DNA of 64,000 nucleotides from Paraspadella gotoi (Eukaryota; Animalia; Chaetognatha). The notes under the pieces were generated by a model. That model had not been told where the DNA came from and made no database searches. It worked only from the letters and a program-made list of their open reading frames with translations. The translations under genes and the position numbers were made by a program. Location: the NCBI GenBank assembly GCA_051294375.1, contig CM119265.1, positions 9,930,339 through 9,994,338 on the forward strand, read 5' to 3'. Positions 1-13,954 of the stretch are shown here, in pieces; the first letter of the stretch is position 1, and every line of letters begins with the position of its first letter.

Positions 1-1274
1 TCCTTTTACCTCTCTCTACTCATCCTCTCTTTTCTCATCTCTACTCATCCCCTCTTTTTATCTTTTTAACTGGCTCTTCCGTACTTTTTCACATTATTCA
101 TCTTCCGTGTTTTCGTTGCTTTCACGAGTAAAAAATGATAACAGAGAAAAATATTAAAAAAAAGGAAAAAACATATTTTTCTTCCTCAAAATTGAAATTG
201 CGCTGAATATTTAAGTATCCACGATCGCATAAAAGTATAAATTAAAACAACAAACCCAATAAATAAAAATAAAAAAATCATAAAATTATCAATGTTTATT
301 TCATAACTTGATTGTCCTAAATTTAATCCTCGCTTTCTAGCTGAAGCTGCATAACTTCTTTATTGTATAACAATTCATATATAATTATATATTTATATAG
401 CAAAATCGATCTAGCATTAAAACATCATTCTATTTCGTCTATATATTCACCACTACATAAAAATAATATGAACCCTCCCAGCTTATTCCTTAAGGACGCC
501 AAGAAGCCTTATTAAAGAGAAAACTAAGAAAACGGACCTGGGAAATTTATTTCTCTTTTTTCTCGTCGCTAAGTTATTGGCGTCTCGGTGGCCATTTTGG
601 GGCCGAATGTCTTGGAACGAAAACGAGGCCATCTCTTTAATCTCGATGAGAAATAAAAATAAACAAACGACGGTCATCCATTGCTTATTGTTTTTTATGT
701 TTTTTTGTTGTTTTTTTTTTCGTCGTTTTTGTCCGAGGTCGTACTTGTTCGCGAAGATTCTGATATCAAACGGCGCAAGTGGATGTTTAAACAAATTTGA
801 TTTTCTCTCTAGATGTATATCTAACTCCTTGTAGCTCCTTGTATTTTGATGCTAGTGCGGAGTACAATAAGTATTCCCCGATCTAATACTTAAGGGAGTG
901 GTCTTTTCATACAATTGAAACATTCTTTGAAATATTATACCACTTCATTGATAGGGAAGCCAGGTACTCTGGGAGTGAATAAACGAGACTGTGAGAGAGT
1001 CTTGATTGAAAGCTTGCAGGGACCTGCTATGTCATTATCTTGTAAGAGTGATGGAGGCCTTAAACCACCAAAGCCTGTCCAAAGTCAGGGGCAAGATAGC
1101 TTATTTATTAAATGAATGGATAATTTTTATATTGGTTGTACCAATTTCATAAACAATTAAACATACAGCATATGACATTTCCTCCAGGGAAATTTCAAAT
1201 TTACTTACCGACTCAATTAGTCGCGACATCTCGTTGCCCAGTTACGGTTTTATAGTTTTAATTCCACTGGTTTT

Positions 1275-1352
<78 letters not shown>

Positions 1353-1702
1353 ATCTCTCCCATCTCTCCCTCTCGTGTCACCCTCGCAATATATGGAGTT
1401 TGTTTCTGATAAACAGCTGTGACGGGAAAGAACGAATATAAATAAAAACCGTGCGGATCACGTGATGATTCGTCGCGGGATATTTGATCACGTGATACAT
1501 TGACTGAAAATTCCAAAACAAATTTTAAATAAAATAAAATAAAGTAAATAAATGAATAAAATAAAATACAAAGTAAAAAAAAAAAGAAATTAATTCAAAA
1601 CAAATTTCCCCTTTTTTTTCCGGAGGAAATTGAGTGTAAAAGAAAAATCGGACGAAAACCCAGTTGGCGAAATCGGTTCAAAGACGCCTTATTGCACTCT
1701 CT

Positions 1703-1773
<71 letters not shown>

Positions 1774-1877
1774 CTCTTTTTTTTTTCTCCCGCTGTCCCT
1801 CACTCCGTCTCATCCACATCCCTTGTTCGCGTTTGGCTCTAATTAGAAATTCAAACCAAAGCTTTTTAAACTTCAAG

Positions 1878-1968
<91 letters not shown>

Positions 1969-2737
1969 TCAATAGTCTCCCTTTTTAATTCCTTAAAAGG
2001 AGAATAAAAAGTTGTTGCGTCTTAGTTTCGCCTAATTTACTCGTTGATTCGTCGACGTCTTCTTTTCTTTACCCGAATCCCGATCCACAGTTCGGAGCCA
2101 CAGTTCTCCCCACACTTACCCACACTAATTCTTCTTATACATTTCCTTACCTCCATAGTCCAAACTACTTTTCCTCCCAATAAACGTGTTTCCACTTCCC
2201 TCCGTCAACATCCCCTACTTTTATTCCTTACTCCCTTACCCAATACCCAGATATTCGAGTTTGTTTACTACCGACGCCGCCGCCGCACCGCCGCCGCCGC
2301 AGCCGCCGCCGCCACCGTCGCCGCCGCCGCGTTCGACGGGAACGCTCCTATCGTTTTGCATTTTTTTTATTTCCTCAATTTTTTCCTTAAATTTTATGGT
2401 TTTCCTTTTTTTCCCCTTTTTTTTGGAAAGTCTAAAAGTTTGGGACGAAAAGAAACTCGTTTTTCGCCTTCGAAAATCATGAGTCTCAAAAATGAATATT
2501 TATTTTTTTCGTTTTAACATATTTTCTCTAAATTCTTTTAGTAAATTTACCTAGAAAAGTTCAACAAAAAAGTAGTGATTTTTTGGGGGGCCGAATTTGC
2601 TTAACAAAAACAAGTTTTTGAATTAAAAATTTTTTTTAAAAAAATAATATTATAATTACCCAAAAAAGAGTTACAGCAATCAGTGACAAACCTCCAATTC
2701 AAACACTAATTAGTAATTGTACACATTTATTTCCAAA

Positions 2738-3254
2738 TCACGAACACGCTCCCAACTTTACCGTCCACGCGGACGTCAACGAATTGACCAGAATCTCCCC
2801 AAAGATGTCTTTCAAGTGCAACTTGATCGACCCGCCCGCGACCTCGCAACGGATCTGACCGGACGTCCCCAACAGCGCGGACGAGCACGGACACGCCCTG
2901 ATGGATCCGAGAGTCAAAAGTCCGTCAGTGGGAAGACGGAAAAATGTAGCGTAGGTGAATTTGTCGTCTTTGGAACAGGTATAGTAGACGTCCTTGGTAT
3001 ACGAGTCGTTTTGATGGGCGTGGCAGACTTTAGTCCCGTAGATGGCGTCTCCGTTGATGCCAAGCCAACGGCCCATTTGAAGGAACCGTTCCTTAAATAA
3101 ATTAAATAAATAAATATATAAATATATAAAGCGCCAAATTTAAATTTTGATAAAAATATAAACCCGGACATACGTATGTAGGAGAGACATTTCGTTGATT
3201 AAAAATCGAAGTTGAAAGAAAGAGAGAGAGAGAGAGGAGACGAGAAGAGAGAGA

Positions 3255-3317
<63 letters not shown>

Positions 3318-5269
3318 GGGGGAGAAAGAAGAGAGAGAGAGAGAGAGAGAGAGTATCTCGGTTTCTTTCTTTTAATACAATGAAAACACATTTCCCTTGT
3401 CCGCCCCCGAAAAGTATCTCACCTGAAAGATTGGCTGAATGCGTCCGTCCGCAGTGGGTCCGGCGTTGATGAGGGCGTTGCCTCCGTAGGCGACGGTAGA
3501 GACGATTTGAAAGAGGAGTTCGTCGATGGAGAGATATTGACTCAAGGGCGACAACCGATTGTAGCCCCAAGAGGATTTGTCGAGAGTGAAGGCGCTCTCC
3601 CACTTGTGATTCACCACGGAGCTCGGACGGTAACGATCTGGAGTTAGTTAAATTCATCATATTTATAATTGTGTAAAATATGATAAGATAAGATAATATG
3701 TTTTAGTGATTTTAGAAAAGTAGTTGCAGTTTCGAACTCGTTATATATCCGTCTGACACTCGTCAGTCGTCTACTAATAATACGAATTCTGATCGACTCA
3801 TTAGTATTTACAGATGTGGTAAAAAAAAGTTGAAACTTTGAACCCCCTTATATCTCGCTTGTATGTCTTCCTATTAATTAAAACTTGGGTTCATTTGAAA
3901 GCCAAGCCAAGCCTATAACGAGGTTTTTAGACTAAATATTAAAGAAGCTGTGCTAAAATAAAAAAAAGATCAAAATTTTATCTTATAATTTGTTTTTTGT
4001 TTAAAAAAAATTTTTATCCATCTTTTTTTTTGTTTTTTTTATCTTTTGTTATTATAGAAATAAAAAAAAGCTGCAATTGTTAAGCTTCGGGAGGTGGGTT
4101 TTCCAAACAGTTGAATTTTTTTCTTACTGCCATCTGCAGAGATGTTAACAAATTTGAAACCACTAAAAAACTTGGACGAGCTGTTGGTAGCGGGCGACCT
4201 TGTATGTTTACAGAGCAAGGATGATTACCTTGAAAATCTCACAATTCAAAACCCTAAGGCTTCTACAAACCAGTTGATAAAAAAATAGATAGATAAAAAA
4301 GTAATTGTCGCCAGTTGTTTAAAAGAAAATAAGTGGCTTTTCATGAAAAATGCCAAAGCCAAAACTACCCAATAATGGCATAAAAAAAATGGGATTAAGG
4401 TGCTCAAAGTTTGGCCCAAAAACTGTCCTGATTGCAACATCATCGAAAATGTCTGGTCAAGGATGAAAAAGGACATTTCGCTGTACAATGCCATGACAGT
4501 CGACAAAATCATGAAAATTATAAAACGCATTTGGCGGGAGCTGAACCCTTCATATTTGCTCATCCTCTATGACTCTCTCCCTGGAAGCTGGAAGCAAATG
4601 GTGGTCCGACAATATTTTAATGAACTGAGTCCTTCAAATAGCAAAATACAAAGCTTTTATCATAACTATTAAACTTTTTTTGACCAGATGTGTATTTATA
4701 TATGATACAATTATACATATATATGGTGGTTTGAAATCCACCAACCATTCACAAACAATGAAGCCGGAAACGAGTCATTTACTAAATAATTAAACCGAAA
4801 GTCGTCTGACTTTTACTTAAGTGACACATGCCTGCACATTAGGGCCTGCACATGACTTTTACATACTTAAGTGACACATGCCTGCACTTGCCTAATTTTT
4901 AACAAACCCACTGTCTGTTCACATGTTCATTGATAAATCACACTTGCCAATCTGTTTTCTCACCCGCGCAGTTCCAATATCCCCCGTGCTTGCAACTCGT
5001 TCCCGATCCCCATCGATCATTAACGACGACGGTCTCCCTGACGGGGCTTTCGTTGTACAACCAAGCCAAGAACACCGTCGAGTTCCAATACCAATCCGGC
5101 CCAGCGTCTCCGTCGCTCCAGATCAGTTCCGGTTTATATCGCGTCACGAGTTCCAAAAGTTCGGGGAAAGATTTGTATTTGACGAATTCGTTGGTGCGGA
5201 ATTTGTTGGTAGCGGTCTGGGGAGGATTGCAGAGAGAGGAAGAGGAGGGAGAGGAGGGAAGGGGGGAGG

Positions 5270-5345
<76 letters not shown>

Positions 5346-6489
5346 AGAGGGAAGAGAGAGGTCAGTAACATTTTATCGTTACAGTATAGCACTTTTATTG
5401 TCTCACTTTTTTATAACATTTTTATCATTATGTAATCGTGGTTTTGTCAGTTTACATTTGCCTATTTTCGATCATTACATAATTTTCTCGGTTCCTCATA
5501 TCTATAGTCAGAAAACTTCAGCTTTTAATTGTTTATTTTGAAGTTAAAATTTACAAGAATAAAGTATCGTTCCAAAGACGGACCCACAGACCGATGATCC
5601 AGACAAACATACGGACGGCCACTTGGACAAACGGAACGACACGCCTTCCCAGAGCCTGACCTGCAAGTAGATGGGATTGAACCATTCGAACCAAGAATGA
5701 TATAATCCGAATCGCAAGTTGGTTTTGTTCCTGATGGCATCAGCCAACTCGCCGACCAAATCTCTTTTCGGACCCACCGCCATTGAGTTCCAGTTAAAAC
5801 TTAAATACAATTTTTTTTACAAAATGAATCAAATTATCTTTTTGAGATTGGTTGATGATTTGCTTGTACCTATGCTTGGAGGGCCAGTTTGTAAATCCTT
5901 CATGATGCTTGCTCGTCAAAACCACGTATTTAGCTCCGCTCTTTTTGAACAACTCGGCCCAATCTTTATTAAAAAAAAATTAAGTTTGCTTTTTTGTCAG
6001 AAATTATTTACTAGTATTACCAATTAAGTAATAAGTATTAACGTTAATTTAAACTTATTTATAACTTAAACTGCCTATATTGAGAACGATGGTATAAAAA
6101 AAGAACTACAATATCTAACAGACCGACCGACCGACGAAAATGACTCAATTACCATCAGGTCTAAACAGTTCCGCGTTAAATTCGGACGCGAAATCGGCGT
6201 ACGCAAAGTCCGGACGAAAGTTGTTCTTCATGAATTCCACGTACGCGGGATGCTTGGCGTTCCAGAAGTTCCAGAACCACTCTGACCCGAAGCTGGGTAC
6301 GGAGAACACTCCCCAGTGGAGGAAGATGCCGATCTTGGCCTCGTCGTACCAAGGAGGCAGAGGGCGCGAGTCGATGGACGCCCAGTTGGGTTGGTAGGTG
6401 GCGGAGGTGGAGGCGTCGAGCGTGGCGAAGGCGATTATTAGGAGTGATATGGACGCCATTAGGGATGAGTTCGGCTTGTGTTTAGACAT
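2738..6489 (-). CDS. FUCA1: Alpha-L-fucosidase (glycoside hydrolase family 29), secreted/lysosomal, 6 coding exons, 463 aa
   Basis: Exons (minus): 6153-6489, 5870-5963, 5661-5799, 4964-5216, 3423-3637, 2738-3091. All introns are GT-AG, phases are consistent and the total is 1392 nt. The translation has a signal peptide, then the GH29 motifs [72 protein letters not shown] (nucleophile Asp), [26 protein letters not shown] and [24 protein letters not shown] at 2726-2731. Probably co-orthologous to vertebrate FUCA1/FUCA2. Met at 6459 is an alternative start. Confidence 0.96.
3811..4692 (+). mobile_element. Degenerate, internally deleted Tc1/mariner DNA transposon in fucosidase intron 4
   Basis: Imperfect TIRs (CAGATGTGGTAAAAAAAAGTT at 3811 vs reverse complement CACATCTGGTCAAAAAAAGTT ending 4692), flanked by TA. 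The internal broken frames contain GSGRP and [15 protein letters not shown], matching the Tc1 WPxxSPDLNPIENxW motif. Confidence 0.88.
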
Positions 6490-7459
6490 GGTCTGAAAAA
6501 TGGTGGATAAGATTAAATGTAAAATGATTTCGTAATTGAAAATAAACAAAACAAATAAATAAATAAATAATTTTTTTACCAAAAAAGGATAAAATAGATC
6601 GCAACATTAAAGGTTCTTACAAATAAACAAATAAACGAATAAATAAATAGTATTTAAAAAGAGATAAATTTCAAATCAACTTTTATTTTGAAGCATAAAA
6701 AAAGATCCACTCGTAATCATTTACGAAAACATCGAGAAGAGACGAATCATTCAAAGTTTAATCTCTTAAACTTTTAAACTCGAAAGAGTGTTGCGTAATT
6801 AATTAAGAAAAAGTTTTCTTTTTTTTTTCATTCGAGACATCGTCGTATCCTTGACGCCAGAAAGTTTTTTTTTTCAAATCTCTCCGGGCGAAGGCGAGCG
6901 TCGAATTGAATTAATGAATTTAATTACGAAAAGAATTAAATGTTATTTTTTTTTAGTTTAGTTAATAGCTCGGTGAGTTTTCTAAAAAGAGAGAAAATTC
7001 ATTTTTAAGTATATAAGTCATTTGGTATTCTTCATTGGCGAGATTTTATTCATACACTCACTTCAATCAATACTTTTTTGTTTCAACTTTTGAAAAAAAT
7101 TGGAAATTAAAAAAAAAATTCAGAAAAGCAGAAATTGAGACCGATAAATTACTAAGAACAAACTTTAATTGAAAAGCATAACTCGATGTCGATACTTGAA
7201 AATGTAATTGATTGCAAGAGGCAGAGACAATGCTTTTTACCTCGCGCAATGACTGCTAAATAATAACAAAACAATGACCGGTAAACCCCATTGGGAAAAA
7301 GAAAGGAGGACAACGTTCCCGCGGATATAAAGCCCAGCGTTGCGCCTCGATGGCTCTCACGGATTCCACCGGAACGTTAGGGTTTTTCTACCAGCTGCTA
7401 TGCTTGAGCCCCTTCGGTCGTAGGGGTTAAAAGCGGCGATCATGGGAAGTGGAGGCGGC

Positions 7460-7491
<32 letters not shown>

Positions 7492-7843
7492 CAGTAATGG
7501 GTGCAGTCTGCAGAGGTGGTACTGGCGGTTTCTAGCGGGAAAAACGAAATGCCGTTTAGGAGAGCAGAAACGGCAATGGATGAAATTATAATTAAAGGTG
7601 GCGCGGCGGCAGCAAAAAGAAAAGGCAAAAGTCAGTTATTATTTTCTGGACAAACATTAAATCGATAGTCATTGCGCAAAATCATTATCAGTTACTCTTT
7701 AGCCTTCATATCAATAAAACCCGTTAGACCCTGAGAGTTGATTGTCTAACGCTTCCTTGTTAAATGACTCGAAATAAATTATAATCTGATTTAAAAGTTT
7801 AATTCGCTATTTTACGAGAAGAGAGAGAGAGAGAGAGAAGAGA

Positions 7844-7898
<55 letters not shown>

Positions 7899-8450
7899 GA
7901 GAGAGAGAGACAGAGAAAACGATGATCGACTTGGCCGCGCCTATAAAATTGAGGAAACGACGGAAGCATTTCGTTCTATCATTAAATTAATGACATTCTA
8001 TGAATGTTTCACACTTTTATGACATGATTCCGCCATAACCGTAACGAGACGCCGTCATGCCCCTCAGGCCAAACAAACGGCAGATAACAACTACAACGAC
8101 AAATCTCTTCCCCCCCCCTCTCCCCCTTCACAAGGAAAGGTAAACCTTTTCATTCCGCGTGGGTTGCCGGGTTTTAACCCCCGGGACCCCTGGGTGTCGC
8201 CCGGGACGTAACCTATTTAACCCCGGGTTCGAAACCTTTGCTCACCTTCCGTCTCTAACGTTTGGCTGACGACGACGACGAAGGTGACGAAGTCGGCGGA
8301 CCGGAACAGCAGCAGCTTCAGCAGAAGCGGCGGCAAACGATGACAACGACAGCAACAAAACCGGCGGCGGTTATCTTTTTTCCCTTTCGTTTCCTTTCCT
8401 TTCCTCGATCAGTCCACATCAATCTCCAGTCAGTCTTCACCTCCTCAGTT

Positions 8451-10130
8451 CTCAATTAATCCCCACTCAACCCTCAATCCATCCCTACTGCAACCTTAAT
8501 CAATCCCCACTCTACCCTCAATCAATCCACTCAACCCTTAATTCAATCCCTCACCCTCAATTAAATCCCCACTAGCGTAGTGAAAGTTACGATACGAAAA
8601 TTCTTAAAAGTCATTTATGAACGAATCATACAATCAGGAACATTAATTTGTAAAAAATTAATTTTATGTTTTTTTAAATTTTCGCAGTAAGCTATATATT
8701 ATATATAGTATATCCTTATAAATTTTTGAAAAAATTTCAGACAATTAAGCTTTTTCTTAATTTGATTGGCAGATTTGAATTCCTGTTAAAGTTGATAAAA
8801 TAAAATATAAATCATTTTTAAAAATTCTTTCATTAAGCTGGGCTAAAAAATAAAAAAACTATATTTCAGATATATAAAAGAGTGAATTTCAGCTTTAAAT
8901 ATAGCTTTTCTAATTTTGACCCATTAATTGAAGGAATTTTTCAAAAGAGTTATATTTCTTTTTACAACTTTTCGACGAATCCAAAATCTGCAAAAAATCT
9001 TAGAAAAAACCTGTTTGAGAATTTTCAACCATTTATTGGTTTAGTATAGTATAAATATGGCTACTGCGTATATTGTAAATTTATTATAAATTTTTCTGAT
9101 TACAGTAATGTTCATTATATATAATGTTGTTTCGTGTCTCACTTCTTAGAATTTTAAGTTATAAAGTTTAAATTTAGAAATTTTATACGCCTTAATCCCC
9201 ATCACCCTCAAGTCAATCCCCTTCAACCTCAATCAATCCCCCTCCTCATCATCCCTACTCAACCTCACTCAATCCCCACTTCAAGCCTTAATCAATCCCG
9301 CTCACCCTCAATAAGATCCACTTCGAATCCTCAAGTCAATCCCACTCAACCTCATTCAATCGCCATCAGTCGCTAACTCAGTTCTCAATCAATCCCCACT
9401 TCAACCCTCATAACCAATCGCCACTCAGTCTCACTCAGTTCCTCATCAATCCCTTCAGTCCTGAATCATCGCCACTCACCTCACTCAGTCCTAATCAATC
9501 CCATCAACTTAAGCTAATCGCCAATCAGTTCTCAAATCAATCCTCACTCAACCCAAATCATCCGCCACTCGTCCTCATCAATCCCCACTCAACCCTAAAC
9601 AATCGCCACTCAGTCCTCACTCAGTCCATCATCGCCACTCAGTTCTCATCAGTCCTCAATCAATCCCCACTCTACCCTCAATCAATCCCCACTCAACCTC
9701 AATCAATCGCGCACTCATCTCACACGGTCTCACTCATTCCTCAATCAATTCCCACAACATCAATCAATCGCCACTCATCTCTCACTCTGTCATCAATCAA
9801 CCCCACTCAACCCTCAATCAATCCCCACTCAGTCCTCAATCAATCGCCACTCAACCCTCAATCAATCCCCACTCAACCCATCAATAATCGCCACTCATTC
9901 CTCTCTCACCCTCAATCAATCCGCACTCAACCCTCCAATCAATCCAGTCCTCAATTCAATCGCCACTCAATCTCTCAATCAATCCCCACTCAACCTCATC
10001 AATCCCCACTCAGTCCTCAATCAATCCCCACTCAACCCTCAACCAATCCACTCAGTCCTCAATCAATCCCCACTCAACCCTCAATCAATCCCAACTCAAC
10101 CACTAGCGATTCCACTCAGTCCTCATCAGT
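8451..10130. repeat. Degenerate ~20-22 bp minisatellite (TCAATCAATCCCCACTCAACCC variants), interrupted by a MITE
   Basis: Dozens of visible tandem variants on both sides of the 8573-9194 insertion. Confidence 0.9.
8573..9194 (+). mobile_element. Non-autonomous hAT-like element (family A), copy 1
   Basis: Ends TAGCGTAGTGAAA...TTTTATACGCCTTA. 8-bp TSD ATCCCCAC/ATCCCCAT. Colinear with 39389-39979. Confidence 0.85.
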
Positions 10131-12295
10131 CATTCCCCTGTCTCTGAATCTCGCACTTCTAATCTCTTGCCTTCAGCGCCCTCTATCTCTTCCTCTTCAA
10201 CGCTTTTCTCCATTCCTCCTTCCCTCCATCTCTTCTCTTCTCTTCATTCCTTCTCTTTCAAACTTCCATGGTCTTACAAGTTAAGTAAGAGCATTCCTTC
10301 TTTTATAATTTGGCCCGGCTGTAAATCTGTTTTATTGATCAAATTTTATTCGGATAACGTACGTAAGGGAATGAGGAAAACAAATCGATGATAATAATTC
10401 ATAATATTATTAATATCACCATTTTATTTTTAATCCTATTATTATTTCTCGTTGATCTTTTCTCTTTTTCGCCCGGAAGGAAAATCCCTTCCTTCAAATT
10501 GATTTTCCGCCATCTTCTTTTTCTCTTTCTTTCTTTTACTCTGTAACCTGTTTTCTTTACTTTTCTTTCTTCTCTGATCTCGCCTTCCTCGTTGACCTTC
10601 ACGTCTTATCTATTCTTTTCCTTTCCCTTTCTTTGTCTTTCTTCTCTCCAAGACCTCTGTTTTTCTTTCCTACTTTCTTAACCCTTTTACTCGCCCTGAC
10701 CTTCTTTTCTTCCTTTCCTTTTTTTCCTCCTTCTCTCCCACTACCTCACTCAGCCTCCCTCAAATTCTCTCTCTCTCTCTCTTCTCGGTTTCCTCGTCTC
10801 TCTCTCTTGGTCTCTTCTCTCTCTCTCTCTCTCTCTCCTTCGTCTCTCTCTCTCTCCTCGTCTCTCTCTCGCTCTCTCTTCGTATCTCTCTCTCTCTCTT
10901 CTCCCTTTTCGCTTTTTTTCCGGCTGGTCTTTCGAATTAGTCCTTCATTAGTTTTCTCGGCTTTCCTTCGCCTCCCGCGAGGATCAGGTGGAAACCGATC
11001 ACCGATGTTCTTTTTTTTCGAAGAAGACTTTTTTCCTTTTCTTTCTCCCTCGACGTTGGCGGCCTCGAGCGGGCTAAACGAGATCGAGACAAATTGGAGA
11101 AGAAACGAGGATGGAACAAAAGAACAGCGAGGAAGAGAAACGATTATTTTTTTTTATTATTGTAGTCAAAACACGTAAGAGGGGTAATTCTATTGCTAAG
11201 CCTAAGGATACATTGCTTTACAATTGAATTGACAAGACCAATATGGAAATTATTAATTCATAATTAATAATTAATTCCTTTGGACCGTTTGCTTGGTTAA
11301 GAATGCCATCATTTTTACAATATAATAATGAATTAATGAACAAATTATATATGGGTTGTAACAATTTCACAGAAGGATCCTGAAAATTAACTGTTCCTCG
11401 CTTTCCTATCAATGAAGTGTTTTTATAGACTGTTTCAATTGTATAAAAATTCAAAACTCTTTTTTCCTTCTTATTAGTTTTTTAAGATTTTTTTCATTTT
11501 ATAATGGTTTGTGCCTTTCAAGTTCTCTTTCTTAGCGAGATCTTGCAATTTCAGCTCGACCTATTTATAGTAGTCTCAACCCATTTTTAAAAACTCTTGT
11601 CTCTCTAATTTCCGATGAAAAAGGTTTCCCCACTTTTGATTATTCCTTGAAAAAAGAAAAGCGAGAAAGGTGGCAAAGGGAGAGGGAGGCGTGGGGAGCG
11701 CCATCTTTTTCTCTGCGCTGACGTCATTAAAAGAAGGAAGCGACGTTGACGATCTCTCTCGTCGAATAGGGCGGCAGGGTTGTTGTCGTTGTTGTTTTAG
11801 TCGTCGTTGTTGTTTTAGTCGTTGTTGTTGTGCTTGTTAATTTTGTTTTGTCTTTGAGAGTATCTTAACGAATTTTCAAACTTATCCTAAGTTGGAGTCG
11901 AGAAAATTGGAGAGAACCCGGTCAGGTTCGCCATCTTGCAACGTGTTTACCACGCTCTCGACATCTGGCCTATCAAGCTCTTAATACTGATAAACTACAT
12001 ATACAAGTCATACTTACCAAAAAAAAAAAAAGATCTAACGACGCAAGGATCAAAATTATCTTCCTTGCAATTAACAGTAGCGTTTCCGCGGTCAACATTA
12101 AACCATTTTATCGCGAACATTAACCACAATTCGATACCGGAACAGTTAAAACGAGTCCCCGACCTTTTTCAAATTCTCTCTCCGATTTCTAAACATCTTT
12201 TCAGTTTTTTCTTTCTTTCTTTTTCTTTTTTTTTTGCTTTCTCCTTCACGCAGTCGCACTCTTCTGTTTCGAAATGTCTCTCCATCTCTCTTTAG

Positions 12296-12681
12296 TAAAG
12301 CGTAGTAAAAAGTCTAAATTTAACTTAAATTAAAATTCTAAAAGTGAGGAATAAAATATATCTCTTTTTCAAAAATTCTTTCATTACCTAAGTTGGTCAA
12401 AAATCGGAAAAACCTATATTCTAATCTGAAAATTAAATTTATGTATATTAAATATATATTTTTAAATTTTTAACCTACTTAATGAAAGAATTTTTTAAAG
12501 TCGTGTTATATTTTCCTTCTATCAATTTTTGACGAGGAATTTAAATCTGTGCATCAAAGATTAAAAAAGACCAATTAAAAAAATAAAATCTTAATTTTTA
12601 AAAAAAAATTAATGTTTACTGGTGGTACTTTGTTCTTAAATGACCATTAAAATTTTCATACGTGACTTTCACTGCGCTCTA
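12296..12681 (-). mobile_element. Non-autonomous hAT-like element (family A), shorter inverted copy 2
   Basis: Ends TAAAGCGTAGTAAAA...TTTCACTGCGCTCTA. Perfect 8-bp TSD CTCTTTAG. Reverse-complement similarity to copies 1 and 3. Confidence 0.8.
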
Positions 12682-12723
12682 CTCTTTAGTCTTTAACCAC
12701 CAACTTCCCACAACACCTTTCTA

Positions 12724-12755
<32 letters not shown>

Positions 12756-13862
12756 CGTCCATCTATTCTTCACCTTTTTCTCCTTCCACTCCCACACCTC
12801 CCCTTCCACCGCCCATGAGTCTCCGCGCGGCCTCATTAAACTTTAATTTAAAGACTCAGAGCGAAAGAGTTTAATTTTCGGTCGTCGCGGTTTAAAGACC
12901 AAAGAAGAGAGGGGGGGAGAAGAGAGGGAGGGAGGAAGAGGTAGGGAGGGAGAAGGGAGGGGAGGCGAGAGAGGGGGGGGGATTGAGAATGGAGAAAGTG
13001 AAAGGAAAGAAATTGAAGGAAAATAATGTGAAGGAAAAAAAAGAAACGAGTTTTAACAAAAAAAATAGAAGGTAGGAAATGATAAAAGAGAGACGAGGGG
13101 TAATGAAAAAATAGGAGAAGAAAAGGAAGGAATGTATGAAGGAAAAAGAAAGGAAAAGGAACGGATGAATGGACGGAGAGAAGAAGGGAAATATTAATGA
13201 AAAGTTAAATAAAGATAATAGGAAAGAAAGATAACGGAAAATTGGTTAGGAAATGAAAATAAAAATAAATATTCAAATAGATAAAAATAAACGAATGAGA
13301 AAAAATCAAAAACTTAGTATCTCTCTCACGTATCACCGCAGCTCGATCTTTTCTCCCACCAGCTCCGTCGCGCCCTCTATTCCTCGATTCGAGAAAAACA
13401 AAAGACGTGGGATAATAAAAAAAGTTTGTCGGGTAAATGTTTGAGTCTTTCGTCGGTTAATTCTTCTTCTTTATCGCGACGTCTTGAGCAATTTCGGCGT
13501 CGACCGAATCGACAAACCGAGTCTTTTACTGTCGTCGGTTGGTTGTCGTTGTTATCGTCGTCGTCGTCGTCATCGTCGTTATTGTTGTCGTCATTTTCGT
13601 TGTTTTCGTCGTTGTCGTCGTTGTACTCACATTTTTTTTGCGTTGTTAAGCTTTTTTCTTTTAATCCAATTTTTTTAATGGCATAAAAAAAACAACAACA
13701 ACAATACTACGACAACCGAGCTTCATCAACAGCGACATCAGCGGCCGAAAAGATAAATCACAAATGTTCATTTTTCACTTCAGGGAAGTAGTTTGGTTTC
13801 CGTCCGTTACTTTCTTACTTTTGATATTTTTTTAGTACTGATGTAGAAAGCGAAAGAGAAAG

Positions 13863-13954
<92 letters not shown>

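Noticed and set aside
483-834. Overlapping ORFs of 103 and 85 aa
   Set aside because: Low-complexity content, no recognisable homology and no splice partners.
1457-1496. Paired TCACGTGA as CLEAR/TFEB sites for the fucosidase
   Set aside because: They lie downstream of the gene's 3' end rather than near its promoter, and a similar pair at 53800-53842 suggests a repeat origin.
3718-3778. Minus-strand hammerhead candidate (CTGACGA...GAAACTGCA)
   Set aside because: No convincing stem II and no UH cleavage triplet; at best a relic. Similar weak hits near 17921, 26634 and 52160 were dropped for the same reasons.
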